Positions 38,764-50,995 of a stretch of DNA of 64,000 bases are shown piece after piece. The translations under genes and the position numbers were made by a program. The notes beneath the pieces were generated by a model. The model made no database searches. It saw only the letters and a program-made list of their open reading frames with translations, and had not been told where the DNA came from. The DNA is from Spirochaetia bacterium. Lineage in GTDB: Bacteria > Spirochaetota > Spirochaetia > SZUA-6 > Bin103. The DNA lies in assembly GCA_965208575.1 (NCBI GenBank), contig CBDBOV010000005.1, positions 1,120,001 to 1,184,000 on the forward strand, written 5' to 3'. Numbering within the stretch: the first letter of the stretch is position 1; each line of letters opens with the position of its first letter.

Positions 38764-40779
38764 ATGGCAATCGCCACCCTCACCAAGGCCGAACTGGTCG
38801 CCCCGCGCGAGGCGGTTCCCGGCCTGTTGCAGTCGCTGGAGCAGGCTGCTCTGCTGCACGTCGACGACGTCCACGAAGGCATTTCCGACGAACTGGCGCA
38901 ATGGGAGCAGCGCGAGCCGGTCGATACCTCGTCGGTAGACGGCATGCTGGCCTCCGTACGCTGGATTCTCGACCTGTTTCAACGCTTCGCGCCGCACAAG
39001 ACCGGGATGCTGGAGGATTTCTTCGGTTCGCCGCCGGCGGTGGGCGATGCCGAATTCGAACAGCTCCTGGCATCGGTCGACGTGCCGGCGTACCGGGCCG
39101 AACTGGAGCGGCGCCTCGCTGAATACGAGGCGGTGGAGTCCGACCTTGCGGCGCTGCGCGAACGGATTGCACGGGTCACCCCGTGGCAGCGGTTGGGCGT
39201 CGACCTGGCCGACGTGGCGCGCAGCGGCTACTCGGCACTCACGGCGATTCGCGTGCCGGCGGCCGCGGTCGCGGAACTGGAGCGGCTGCTGGCCGAGCGC
39301 GGCGGGCATCTGCGGCTCGCTCCGGTCAGCGAGGCCGCCAAGAGCGCCTATGCCATCGTGGTGTCGCTGCCGGCCGACCTGGATGCGGTCGGGGTGGCGT
39401 TGCGGCAAGTGCGCGGGGAAGAGATCGAGCTGCCGAAACTGCCCGCTTCCGCCGCCGACGCCTTGCAGGCGGCGCAGCAGCAGAGCGCCGAACTGGAGCA
39501 GCGCCGCGACCGGCTGGCCGCCGCGCTGGCCGCGGAGGCGCACGAGCGGCGCCGGGCACTGCAGGCGATCGCCGACGAGTACGAGAACCGGCGCGCCGGT
39601 CTCGATGCGCGCAGCCGCATCTTCTACTCGCGCCACGCCGCCGTGGTCGTCGGCTGGGTGGAGGAGACCCGGCGCCCGGCGCTGGAGGAGTTGCTTGCCG
39701 TCCACCATCCGCAGGTCCGCTACCGCCTGTCCGAGCCCGGCACCGAAGACCGGCCGCCGGTCAAGCTCGAAAACGGCAGGTTGGCGCGGCCGTTTCAGAC
39801 GCTGATCTCCATGTACGGCATGCCCAACTACTTCGGCATCGACCCAACGCCGTTCGTGGCAGTCGCCATGACCGTGTTCTACGCCATCGCACTCGGCGAC
39901 TTCGGCTACGGCGTGCTGCAGATTCTGCTGGCGGCCTGGCTGCGCAAGCGCTTTCGGTCGGTCGGCGAGACGCGTTTGTTTCTCACCATGTTCGTATATA
40001 TGGGTGTCGCCACCCTGGTGGTCGGCGTGTTGACCTGGAGTTTTTTCGGTATCTCGCCCGGCGCGTCCGAGGAGTCCAAGTTCCTGGGCTTTCTGCCGTT
40101 GGTCAATCCGACCAAGGACATCATCCTGCTGATCGGGATCTCGGTCGGCGTCGGTATCGTGTTCCAGTTCGCCTCGATCGCCGCCGGTTTCGTCAACCTG
40201 CTCAAGCGCGGCGACCGCACCAGCGCCATCTGCGACAACCTGGCCTGGCTGGCGCTCCTGGTAGGCGGCCTGCTCGCCCTCGGCGGCATGTTCCTGTCGC
40301 AACCTGCGCTCACCTTCGCGGGCGCCGCGCTCGCGGCCGTCGGGGCGCTGGTGGTCGTCGGGTGGGCCGGGCGTGGAAGCAAGAACTTCGTGGCCCGCAT
40401 TCTGGCCGGCGTGGTGTCGTTGTACGGCATCGTCGGCTACTACGGGCTGGTCGGGTTCTTTTCCGACGGTCTGTCCTACATGCGTCTGGCGATCCTGAAC
40501 ATGACCTCGGCATTCATCGCCTTCGTCGCGCAGGTAATCGCCGAGCTGTTTCTCGGCGGCAGCGGCTCGGCCGTCATGGTGGTGATCGCGGCGATAATCG
40601 GCGCGGCGATCTTCGTGTTCTTCCACCTGCTCAACCTGGTGTTGTCGATGCTTGGCGCGTTCGTACATTCGTTGCGACTCAATTATCTGGAATCGTTTCA
40701 GCGCTATTACCCGGAAGGGGGGAGGGCTTTTGCGCCCCTCCAGCGCACGGGCCGGTTCTTCCGGCGGTCCGGTGCGTAA
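38764..40779 (+). CDS. atpI: V/A-type ATP synthase subunit I
   Basis: YG.P.Y...DPT, GDFGYG, LSYMRL and HSLRLNY.E. Confidence 0.95.
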   Translation: MAIATLTKAELVAPREAVPGLLQSLEQAALLHVDDVHEGISDELAQWEQREPVDTSSVDGMLASVRWILDLFQRFAPHKTGMLEDFFGSPPAVGDAEFEQLLASVDVPAYRAELERRLAEYEAVESDLAALRERIARVTPWQRLGVDLADVARSGYSALTAIRVPAAAVAELERLLAERGGHLRLAPVSEAAKSAYAIVVSLPADLDAVGVALRQVRGEEIELPKLPASAADALQAAQQQSAELEQRRDRLAAALAAEAHERRRALQAIADEYENRRAGLDARSRIFYSRHAAVVVGWVEETRRPALEELLAVHHPQVRYRLSEPGTEDRPPVKLENGRLARPFQTLISMYGMPNYFGIDPTPFVAVAMTVFYAIALGDFGYGVLQILLAAWLRKRFRSVGETRLFLTMFVYMGVATLVVGVLTWSFFGISPGASEESKFLGFLPLVNPTKDIILLIGISVGVGIVFQFASIAAGFVNLLKRGDRTSAICDNLAWLALLVGGLLALGGMFLSQPALTFAGAALAAVGALVVVGWAGRGSKNFVARILAGVVSLYGIVGYYGLVGFFSDGLSYMRLAILNMTSAFIAFVAQVIAELFLGGSGSAVMVVIAAIIGAAIFVFFHLLNLVLSMLGAFVHSLRLNYLESFQRYYPEGGRAFAPLQRTGRFFRRSGA

Positions 40780-40827
40780 GGTGTTGGTGCTATGACCCTT
40801 GTATTGTCCGTATTGGAGGAGAAGTAG

Positions 40828-41310
40828 ATGTTTTCGATTGGATTTGCCCTTGCGATCCTCGGCGGCGGACTGGCTGCCGGCCTGGGGGCATACGGTTCGT
40901 CGGTCGGCGTCGGCAAGGCGGGAGAGATGGCCGGTGGGGTGATCTCGGAAGATCCGGACAAGTTCGGATCGATGCTGATTCTGCAGGCGCTGCCCGCCAC
41001 CCAGTCGATCTACGGCCTGGTGGTGGCGATCCTGGTGCTGGTGAAGCTGGACGGGTTCGGTGCCGGTGCGATGCTGGACTTGGAGCTGGCCCCGGGGTTG
41101 GCGATCTTCGCCGCCTGTGTGCCGGCGATGTTCGGTGAGCTGATCTCCGCCATCTGGCAGGGCAAGGTCGCGGTTTCGTCGATGGGCGTGGTGGCCAAGA
41201 AGCCGGACGCCTTCGGACGTGCCGTGATCATGCCGGTACTGGTGGAGACCTTCGGGCTGTTCGCCCTGATTGCGACGATCATCATCCTGATGGTGGTCAT
41301 CCAGTTGTAG
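40828..41310 (+). CDS. atpK: V/A-type ATP synthase subunit K (4-TM, NtpK-like)
   Basis: GS..GVG..G, LQALP.TQ..YG, WQG and VET. Confidence 0.95.
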   Translation: MFSIGFALAILGGGLAAGLGAYGSSVGVGKAGEMAGGVISEDPDKFGSMLILQALPATQSIYGLVVAILVLVKLDGFGAGAMLDLELAPGLAIFAACVPAMFGELISAIWQGKVAVSSMGVVAKKPDAFGRAVIMPVLVETFGLFALIATIIILMVVIQL

Positions 41311-41325
41311 CGCGGCCGCATTGCC

Positions 41326-41898
41326 ATGGCCGAGAACATCGTCGACCAGATACTGGACGCCGCGCGCAGTGCCGGCGAGGAGACGCTCGCCGCCGCACAG
41401 AAGCACTACGACACCGAGTTGCAAGCGGGGCACGCTGCCCTGGAGCGGGAACTGGATGAACTGCGCCGCCGCGGCCGCCGGCAGGCGGAGGAAGCGATGC
41501 AGCAGGAGCTGTCCACGGCGCGCCTGGAGCAGCGCCGCAAGCTGGCCAACGAAAAACGGCGGCTGCTCGACCAGGTGTACGATGAGGCGTGGCGGCAGAT
41601 CACCGAGGAATCCGCCTACCGCGCCTGGCTGCGGCGGCAGTTGAGCGCACACGCGCAGCGCGGCGACACGGTGGTGGTGGCGGCGCGCGAGCGTGAGCGG
41701 TTTCAGGGCAGTCTGCGCGCCCTGCTGGACGAGCACGCGGTCACGCTCTCGGAACAGGCGGGGCGTTTCCGCGCCGGATTCGTGATCGACCGCGGCGAGA
41801 CGCGGTTGAACTGCACCCTCGACGAGGAGTTTCGCGCCCTGGCCGCGGAGTCGGAAATCGAGATCAGTGCGGCGCTGTTCGCCGGCGAACGGCGCTGA
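41326..41898 (+). CDS. V/A-type ATP synthase subunit E
   Basis: N-terminal coiled coil, G.FVI......NCT; operon position. Confidence 0.85.
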   Translation: MAENIVDQILDAARSAGEETLAAAQKHYDTELQAGHAALERELDELRRRGRRQAEEAMQQELSTARLEQRRKLANEKRRLLDQVYDEAWRQITEESAYRAWLRRQLSAHAQRGDTVVVAARERERFQGSLRALLDEHAVTLSEQAGRFRAGFVIDRGETRLNCTLDEEFRALAAESEIEISAALFAGERR

Positions 41899-41913
41899 CC
41901 GGGGCTGTTCGGC

Positions 41914-43038
41914 GTGCCCGGCGTGGTAAATCTCGGTAACGGCGGATCCGGTCGCGGTGAGGCGGACTACAACTACCTGTACGGGCTGATACGCAGCCGC
42001 GAACGGGAATTGATCGACGGCGCGCGGCTGCGGGCGCTGGTCGGCATGGCCCGCATCGACGAGATCGTGCAGATCTGTCCGGAGTCGCCGTTCATGGACG
42101 CGTTTGCGCCTGACCTGGACGAAGCCGCCCTGGAGCGCGCCATCGCCAGCGAGCAGGCCGACCTGCGCTGGCTGATCGACCGCTACGCTCCCGAGCCGGC
42201 GCTGCGCGAGCTGCTGCTGGTGCCGCGCGACCTGTACAACATCAAGGTCGCCCTGCGCCTGCACGCCAACTCAGCCGATGCCGGCGGCGGCGGCGACCCT
42301 GCGGTCGCGAACGATGACGCAGATGACGCAGGTCAGGACGCGCTCTACGGTCCTCCCGGTACCCGCGCCGTGGCGGCGATTCGTGCAGCGGTGGCGGACG
42401 AAGGACCGGGCCTGACCTCCGCCGGCGACATCGACCGCGCGAGTCGCGCTCTGGCCGGCTGCCTGGAGCGCGCACTGGGCGCGTTCTACGCCGCGGGGCG
42501 CAATGGCCAGGTGCTGGAGCTGGCGATCGACCGCCTCGCGCACCTGTTCCGTGTCGCCACCGCCGACGCGGTGGATCCGGACGTGGGTGCCGTGTACCGC
42601 GACGCCGCCGCCATCGCCGCCGGCGAACTGCTGGCGCGCGGCAGTGCCGCCGGGCTGCCCTGGGAGGTGGCGCGCTGGGGCCTGCTGGATCTGCCGTCGC
42701 AGGCCGACCTGCAGGCGCTGTACGAAACGCCCGCGTCCGACTGGGGTTCCCGGCTGGCAGCGTTCAGCGGCGTCTTGCGTGCGCTGCTCGCCCGTATCGG
42801 TGCCGGGACGGAGGTTGGCGCCGCCGTGCGCGCCGAGCAGGAGGCGGTAGCGAAACGCATCGCGGCGTGGCGCTACGCGCCGCCCTCATTTGCGTTCGCG
42901 GTCTACTACCTGTGCAAGAAACAGGCCGATCTGGCGGCGCTGCGCATGATCTGCCTGGCCAAGTTGAAGGGGGTCGCTGAGGCCACCATCGGCGCCCGTG
43001 TCGGCGGCGCGCTCATGGGCCAGTCGCCGGCGGCGTGA
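41914..43038 (+). CDS. V/A-type ATP synthase subunit C
   Basis: Y.Y.YG.IR.RE, D..NIK and C-terminal K......LR.I...K..G; operon position. Confidence 0.8.
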   Translation: MPGVVNLGNGGSGRGEADYNYLYGLIRSRERELIDGARLRALVGMARIDEIVQICPESPFMDAFAPDLDEAALERAIASEQADLRWLIDRYAPEPALRELLLVPRDLYNIKVALRLHANSADAGGGGDPAVANDDADDAGQDALYGPPGTRAVAAIRAAVADEGPGLTSAGDIDRASRALAGCLERALGAFYAAGRNGQVLELAIDRLAHLFRVATADAVDPDVGAVYRDAAAIAAGELLARGSAAGLPWEVARWGLLDLPSQADLQALYETPASDWGSRLAAFSGVLRALLARIGAGTEVGAAVRAEQEAVAKRIAAWRYAPPSFAFAVYYLCKKQADLAALRMICLAKLKGVAEATIGARVGGALMGQSPAA

Positions 43039-43055
43039 GGCGGAGGGGATGAGCG

Positions 43056-43451
43056 ATGTCTGACGGTCGATCCGCGGTGCGCACCTTTCACATTGCGATG
43101 ATCGGCGACAGCTCGACGGTACGCGGGTTTGCCGCCGGCGGCGTGCACGCCTATCCGGCCGCGGCGAGCGAGGCCGCGCTGGCCACGCTGCGCGAACTGG
43201 TGGCCGGCGGGCGCTACGCGATTATTTTCATCACCGAGGCGCTGGCGGAGCCGATCCTCGACACCATCAGCCGGTTGCGCACCGGCGCGGTGCCGGCGGT
43301 GATCGTGGTGCCCGACCAGTCCGGCGCGCGCGGCATCGGCTTCGAGAAGACCCGTCTGGCGGTGGAACGCGCCATCGGCATCGACCTGCTCGGCCAGACC
43401 CGGGCACGCAATGCGGACGCGCGCAACACGGGCACCGGCAACGAGCAGTGA
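43056..43451 (+). CDS. V/A-type ATP synthase subunit F
   Basis: IAMIGD..TV.GF..GG, IIFITE and VERAIG.D. Confidence 0.9.
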   Translation: MSDGRSAVRTFHIAMIGDSSTVRGFAAGGVHAYPAAASEAALATLRELVAGGRYAIIFITEALAEPILDTISRLRTGAVPAVIVVPDQSGARGIGFEKTRLAVERAIGIDLLGQTRARNADARNTGTGNEQ

Positions 43452-43471
43452 CAAGGAAGAGGTAAAGCATC

Positions 43472-45264
<1,793 letters not shown>

Positions 45265-45265
<1 letters not shown>

Positions 45266-46665
45266 TGATCAAGGAGTATCGCAGCGCACGCGGCCTGGAC
45301 GGGCCGCTGATGATCGTGGAAGAGGTGGACGACGTCACCTACGGCGAGCTGGCCGACGTGGAGCTGCCGGACGGCTCGGTGCGGCGCGGCCAGGTGCTGG
45401 AGGCGGCCGCCGGGCGCGCCCTGGTGCAGTTGTTCGAGGCGCCGCAGGGCATCTCCACCAGTCTGGCCACGGTACGCTTCACCGGCCAGCGGATGATGGC
45501 GCGCGTGTCGCGCGACATGCTCGGGCGCATCCTGAACGGCGTCGGCGAGCCGCTCGACGATGCCGGCGCGGTGATCCCGGAACAGTTGCGCGACATCAAC
45601 GGTTCGCCGATCAACCCCTACGCGCGCGACTTTCCGGAGGAGTTCATCCAGACCGGCATCTCCGCCATCGACGGCAACCTGACCCTGGTGCGCGGCCAGA
45701 AGCTGCCGATCTTCTCCGGCTCCGGCCTGCCGCACTCCGAGCTGGCGGCGCAGATCGCGCGCCAGGCGCGCACCCTGCACGGCGAGGAGCCGTTCGCGGT
45801 GGTGTTCGCGGCGATGGGCATTACCTTCGAGGAAGCCAACTTCTTCATGGAGGACTTCCGCCGTACCGGCGCCATCGAGCGCGCGGCGCTGTTCATCAAC
45901 CTGGCCGACGACCCGGTGATCGAGCGCATCTCGATTCCGCGCGTGGCGCTGACCACCGCGGAGTACCTGGCGTTCGACTGCGACATGCACGTGCTGGTGA
46001 TCCTCACCGACATGACCAACTACTGCGACGCCCTGCGCGAGATCTCGTCGGCGCGCAAGGAGGTGCCGGGGCGGCGCGCCTACCCCGGCTACATGTACAC
46101 CGACCTGTCGCTGATCTACGAGCGCGCCGGGCGCATCAAGGGCAAGCGCGGGTCGATTACCCAGGTGCCGATTCTCAGCATGCCGGAAGACGACAAGACG
46201 CACCCGATCCCGGACCTGACCGGCTACATCACCGAGGGGCAGGTGATCCTGAGCCGTTCGCTGCACCGCAAGGGCATCGAGCCGCCGATCGACGTGCTGC
46301 CGTCGTTGTCGCGGCTGATGCAGAAGGGCATCGGCGAAGGCAGCACGCGCGAAGACCATTCCGGCGTCGCCAACCAGTTGTTCGCGGCCTACGCGCGCGG
46401 CGGCGACGCGCGCGAGCTGGCGGTGGTGCTCGGCGAGGCGGCGCTGACCCCGATCGACCGCCAGTACGCGACGTTTGCCGAGCAGTTCGAGCAGCGCTTC
46501 GTGAACCAGGGCTTCCAGGAGAACCGCAGCATCGAGGACACCCTGACCATCGGCTGGCAACTCCTGGAGCTGCTGCCGCGCTCCGAGTTGACGCGTATCG
46601 ACGCCGAGCTGATCGACAAGTACCTCGGACCCGCCGAACAGGCCGCGGTCGCCGCGCCGGCGTAG
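45265..46665 (+). CDS. atpB: V/A-type ATP synthase subunit B
   Basis: [18 protein letters not shown] and [15 protein letters not shown]. Confidence 0.98.
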
Positions 46666-46691
46666 TGCGGGGGACGGGGTAGGGCAACAGG

Positions 46692-47312
46692 ATGGCAACC
46701 GTCGCCGTCAGTCCCAACCGCATGGAGCTGCTGCGCATGAAGAAGAAGCAGCAATTCGCGCAGCGTGGCCACAAGCTGCTGAAGGACAAGCTCGAGGGTC
46801 TGCTCAAGGACTTCACCGGCATCGTGCAGGAGTACGCGGTGCTGCGCGACCAGGTGGACAGCGAACTCGGCGAGCTGTTCCAACAGTTCATCGTGGCGTC
46901 GGCGTCGATGCCGGCGGAGGTGTACCGCAGCGCCCTGGCGTTCCCGGAGTGCGAGGCGGAGCTCACCATGACCGAGAAGCTGATCATGAACGTGCGCGTA
47001 CCGGAGTTCTCGTTCGCCATCGAGGGCAACCTGCTCTCCTACGGCACCGACGGCACCGTCGTCGAGTTGGATCAGGCCATCGTCAAGCTCAAGGAAGTGC
47101 TGGAGCGCCTGGTGAAGCTCGCCGAGGCGGAGAAGACCATCGAGTTGGTTGCCGACGAAATCGAGAAGACGCGGCGCCGGGTCAACGCCCTGGAGTACGT
47201 CCTCATCCCGCAGCAAGCCGAAACCATCCGCATGATCTCCTCCAAGCTGGAAGAGCTGGAGCGCGGCAACATCACCCGCCTCATGCGCATCAAGCAACTC
47301 CTCGCCATGTAG
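46692..47312 (+). CDS. atpD: V/A-type ATP synthase subunit D
   Basis: P.RMEL, RGHKLLKDK and TRRRVNALE. Confidence 0.97.
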   Translation: MATVAVSPNRMELLRMKKKQQFAQRGHKLLKDKLEGLLKDFTGIVQEYAVLRDQVDSELGELFQQFIVASASMPAEVYRSALAFPECEAELTMTEKLIMNVRVPEFSFAIEGNLLSYGTDGTVVELDQAIVKLKEVLERLVKLAEAEKTIELVADEIEKTRRRVNALEYVLIPQQAETIRMISSKLEELERGNITRLMRIKQLLAM

Positions 47313-47340
47313 CTGGCGCTCTGAGTCGAGACGATTGCCG

Positions 47341-47408
47341 AATTGTCCCGAGCAGGACAATTTGGTTGTCGATGAGGCCGGCCGGTCGTATTTTTCCCGA
47401 GCGGGAAA
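47341..47408. promoter_or_regulatory. Two palindromic operator-like sites upstream of the HipB-like gene
   Basis: AATTGTCC-cgagca-GGACAATT (47341-47362) and TTTCCCG-ag-CGGGAAA (47393-47408). Confidence 0.65.
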
Positions 47409-47415
47409 GTGATGC

Positions 47416-47646
47416 ATGAGTCCGAAGCAAATTGGACAGCTTGTTCGCAATGTGCGGCGTGGGCAGGGCCTCCGTCAGGATCAGTTGGCGGCGGCCGCAG
47501 GTGTCGGCGTTCGCTTTCTCGTCGAGGTGGAGCACGGCAAGCCGACGGCGCAGCTCGGCAAGGTGCTCGCCGTGCTGGAGGCGCTCGGATGCACGCTCCT
47601 GATCGAGCCGCCTCCGAGTGTCGATGACCTGCAGGCGGGGCAGTGA
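47416..47646 (+). CDS. HipB-like XRE HTH antitoxin
   Basis: IG..VR..R...GL.Q..LA..AGVG.RF..E.E.GKPT. Confidence 0.9.
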   Translation: MSPKQIGQLVRNVRRGQGLRQDQLAAAAGVGVRFLVEVEHGKPTAQLGKVLAVLEALGCTLLIEPPPSVDDLQAGQ

Positions 47647-48000
47647 CGCGTGTTCTGACGGTGTGGTGGGAGGGGGCGGTGGTCGGATCGCTTGCTCTCG
47701 ACCGCGATGGTCAGATGCAATTTTCCTACGCGTCGGAGTGGCTGCACGGGGGTCGCACGCCCGCGCTTTCATGCTCGCTGCCGAACGCCCCGAGCCGTTC
47801 CGGCGCCGGCTGTGCCGGCCCTTCTTCGAGGGCCTTCTGCCGGAAGGCGCACAGCGCGACGCGGTTGCTCGGGTGCTGGGTGTGTCGCCGGAGAATGAAT
47901 TCGGGCTGCTGGAGAGGCTTGGCGGCGACGTTGCCGGTGCGCTGACGCTGTGGCCGGAAGGAGAAGCACCGCCGGTCCACGAGCCGCCGCGCGCACGTCC
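47643..48000 (+). pseudogene. HipA-family toxin remnant (N-terminal domain only, frameshift near 47783)
   Basis: F.Y..EW....LS.SLP, then in another frame PFFEGLLPEG and G.D.AGAL; kinase domain absent. Confidence 0.85.
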
Positions 48001-48079
48001 GAGCGCGCGCAATGGCTGGCGGGGACCATGCAGACTCCCTCTGGACGCTCAGGGACAAGTTGATCGCCCTGCTCAGTGA

Positions 48080-48439
48080 TCACAACGACTCCCACAGGTC
48101 CACCAACCGGTCCCACCAGCGGCGCTTTTGTCCACGCAATCCCGCGTCGGGCTTGCCGGCGTCGGGGTGGCTGCAGAGGTCGCCGGGCCGCCACCGGTGG
48201 CAGTCCCTGCCCCAGCACCCGGGCCGCCCGGTGAGAGGGCACTGCTCCGGGATCGGGACCGCGGCCGCAGCGTTCCCCATGAGATGGGTGACGCAGAATT
48301 CGCAGCAGTACAGCGTGGTCTGATTGCCATCCTTGGCAGTCGACCGGCCTCGGACCCACGTGTCTTGCGTTGGATCTCTCGAAACCAGTATCCGGGAGGC
48401 CGTAGCTCTACCGCAAACGTCGCAGCTCTTCTTCTTCAC
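48080..48439 (-). CDS. Small Cys-rich hypothetical protein (putative zinc-binding)
   Basis: GTG start; CDVC...CCEFC plus four more Cys; ~119 aa. Confidence 0.5.
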   Translation of the reverse strand: MKKKSCDVCGRATASRILVSRDPTQDTWVRGRSTAKDGNQTTLYCCEFCVTHLMGNAAAAVPIPEQCPLTGRPGCWGRDCHRWRPGDLCSHPDAGKPDAGLRGQKRRWWDRLVDLWESL

Positions 48440-48649
48440 CTCTTGCCGCTCCGACGTCGACGGTCCGGGGCGTCCGCTCGGTCGGGAACGATTTCCGACG
48501 ACGGTCGACGCTCGCAGCACGGTAGCACGGCGCCGCCGCTCCCCACAAACGTTGCCACGCACGGTCGAATTGAATGAGGGTGCGCACGGGCGATGGCAGG
48601 GACTCCATGCCCGCCGGACGGATGCCGGTCGGATTCGGTAGAATGCACG

Positions 48650-49198
48650 ATGCCGTATTTCAGGAAGGTGGTGGGGGAGCGGTGCTACCTGTCGCCGATA
48701 GACCCGGCCGATGCGCCGACGTTCACGGCCTGGCTGAACGATGGTGAGGTGGCGGCCGGCGTGACGTTCACGCGCCGGGTGATCAACGTCGAGCAGGAGC
48801 GCGACGGACTCGCGAGGTTGGCGGCCAAGCCGTACAACTTCGCCATTGTGGCGCTCGACGGCGATGAGCTGCTGGGCAGTTGCGGGATCGGCGGCGTAAG
48901 CGCGGTCGACCGCACCGGCGAGTTGGGCATCATGATCGGCAACAAGGAGTTCTGGAACCGAGGCTACGGCACCGAGGCGGTGCGGTTGCTGTTGCGCTTC
49001 GCGTTCCTGACGCTCAACCTCAACAACATCTGCCTCACCGTGCACTCGTTCAACGAACGCGCGATCCGCTGCTACGAGAAGTGCGGCTTCAAGCGCTACG
49101 GCTACTGGCCCGACTCCTGGTACCACGACGGCAAGCTGCACGGCACCGTCCACATGTACCTGCTGCGCGCCGACTTCGACCAAGGCGATTCCGCTTGA
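48650..49198 (+). CDS. GNAT N-acetyltransferase (RimJ/RimL-like)
   Basis: ELGIMIG....NRGYGTEA and N.RAI.CYEKCGF. Confidence 0.93.
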   Translation: MPYFRKVVGERCYLSPIDPADAPTFTAWLNDGEVAAGVTFTRRVINVEQERDGLARLAAKPYNFAIVALDGDELLGSCGIGGVSAVDRTGELGIMIGNKEFWNRGYGTEAVRLLLRFAFLTLNLNNICLTVHSFNERAIRCYEKCGFKRYGYWPDSWYHDGKLHGTVHMYLLRADFDQGDSA

Positions 49199-49289
49199 GC
49201 ATGCGGCCGAGCCGGGGCGCTGGACCGCAACTCCCCGGGCGCCGCAGCCGCCCACATGCGGAGCGACAATCCGTCCGCGCGTTTCGGGA

Positions 49290-50144
49290 TCAGCCGGGTC
49301 CCGGTCGCTCGTCTGGAATCCGTGCTCCATCCTGCCCGTCGGCGGGGTTGGCCGTCCTCGCCTGCCCGTGGTCGGCAATGGGGGTATCCTGGGAGGGCTC
49401 CGCCACCTCCCGCTCAGCGTGACCCGCGAGGAAACGGTGCAGCGTGGCGAGGCTCTTGTTCGCGAGGGTGGTCGCTTGTTTCGCGTCGGCGGCGGTAGGG
49501 TCGCCGAGCGGCAACAGACCTGACTCCGCAGGGTATCTGCCGCGGTATATCTCGTCGAGGAAGTCGATGTCGTCCCCAGACAGCACGAGCGGTACGCGAT
49601 AGTCAGCCGCAATCGCCGTGAGTCGATGAATGCTGTGTATTTTTTCCAGTTCCCAGCCGACAACCAGGAGCATCGTCTTGATTGATTTTTCGACGCACTG
49701 CTGTGCGTGGTAGCACGCGCCGCGATGAAATCCACCGATATGAAGGTAGTCGGCCGTACTTCGCTCCTCCTCGGCCTGCCGGCGCCACGCTTCCGTACCG
49801 TCTCGCATGTAGATGCAGACCCCCTCACTGACGACTTTGCTCACGAATGGGCTGCCGCGACGCACATGCTCGGCAAAGAGCGAACGGCTGACGACGTAGT
49901 CATCGATGTCGTACGTCCGGCGGAACGGTCGCAAAGCCGAGCGGAGCGCGGCGCGGCGACCCTGTGCGCCGAGGTGGCCGTCGTCGTCGGTCACCACCAG
50001 GAGATCGAGGTCGTTCCCGGTCGTTGCCCCGGCGACGGAGCCGAACAGGATGATTTCCAGCGGATCGATCGCCGCCACCACCGCGTCCCGCACGCGGGCG
50101 GCTGTCTCGCGGGTCACCACACTTGTACGGATACCATGTGCCAT
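49290..50144 (-). CDS. Fused minimal nucleotidyltransferase (MNT)-HEPN protein
   Basis: IILFGS.A.....DLDLLV, followed by YHAQQ.VEK..K, H....L and RYP. Confidence 0.85.
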   Translation of the reverse strand: MAHGIRTSVVTRETAARVRDAVVAAIDPLEIILFGSVAGATTGNDLDLLVVTDDDGHLGAQGRRAALRSALRPFRRTYDIDDYVVSRSLFAEHVRRGSPFVSKVVSEGVCIYMRDGTEAWRRQAEEERSTADYLHIGGFHRGACYHAQQCVEKSIKTMLLVVGWELEKIHSIHRLTAIAADYRVPLVLSGDDIDFLDEIYRGRYPAESGLLPLGDPTAADAKQATTLANKSLATLHRFLAGHAEREVAEPSQDTPIADHGQARTANPADGQDGARIPDERPGPG

Positions 50145-50181
50145 TCGTGCATGTCCACGGAGCGGCTTTGCTTTGTTCGCA

Positions 50182-50925
50182 CTACGATGGCGGGCCGCGG
50201 TCGTAGAGGGAGATGTGGCGGGTGCTGGCGGCGGTGAACGGGGCGCCGGTCCAGTCGCGCCAGCGTTCGCGCAGGCGCATGCCGGCGAGGCGCGCCATCA
50301 GGTCCAGTTCCGACGGCCACGCGTAGCGGATCTGCACCGGGTACAGGCGGGTACCGGACTCGGACAGTACCACGTTCTGCGAGTACACCCGCTGGTGCAG
50401 CGCGTCGTGACGGGCCACCTCCAGGGTAGCGCTGTCGGTGTCGACGCCGGTAACGCCGACGCGCTGCCCGCCGGAAAAACGCGCCGGATCGGGTACGAAT
50501 GCGTCGATCAGAAACGTGCCGCCGTCAGCCAGGCGTGCCGCCGCTCGCCGGAAGCAGCGCACCTGTGCGTCCTGGGTGGTGAGCGCGAAGAACGTGTTGA
50601 ACACGGCGAAGATCAGCGTGAAGGTGCCGTCGACCGGTACATCGGCGAAGTCGCCGACGGTGAGCGGAATCTCCGCGCCGCCCGGCTTGGTGCGCAACGC
50701 CGCGGCCATCGCCTCGGAGGCGTCGATGCCGTGCACGGCCACCCCCAGTTCGGCGAGCGGCAGCGCCACCCTGCCGGTGCCGATGCCCAGCTCCAGCGCC
50801 CTGCCGTCGCCCGCCAGCCGAGCCAGCGCGCGCACCTCGGGCGTGGCGCTGCCGGTGCCGGGGTGCAACCGGTCGTAGATGCCGGCGATGCGATCGCCGT
50901 AGGTAGCGGATCCGTACTCGTCCAT
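50182..50925 (-). CDS. Class I SAM-dependent methyltransferase
   Basis: LELGIGTGR, GIDAS..M and GDFAD. Confidence 0.93.
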   Translation of the reverse strand: MDEYGSATYGDRIAGIYDRLHPGTGSATPEVRALARLAGDGRALELGIGTGRVALPLAELGVAVHGIDASEAMAAALRTKPGGAEIPLTVGDFADVPVDGTFTLIFAVFNTFFALTTQDAQVRCFRRAAARLADGGTFLIDAFVPDPARFSGGQRVGVTGVDTDSATLEVARHDALHQRVYSQNVVLSESGTRLYPVQIRYAWPSELDLMARLAGMRLRERWRDWTGAPFTAASTRHISLYDRGPPS

Positions 50926-50995
50926 GCGCGTGGTCGTCAGCGGGAAGCGTGATTCATACCACGTCGGCGTGGTGCCATGCCATACGCTCGGTCGG

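Noticed and set aside
38590-42264. 1224-aa minus-strand ORF and other long antisense ORFs (e.g. 16635-19259, 33934-36159)
   Set aside because: Shadows of well-supported genes on the opposite strand, expected at this GC content
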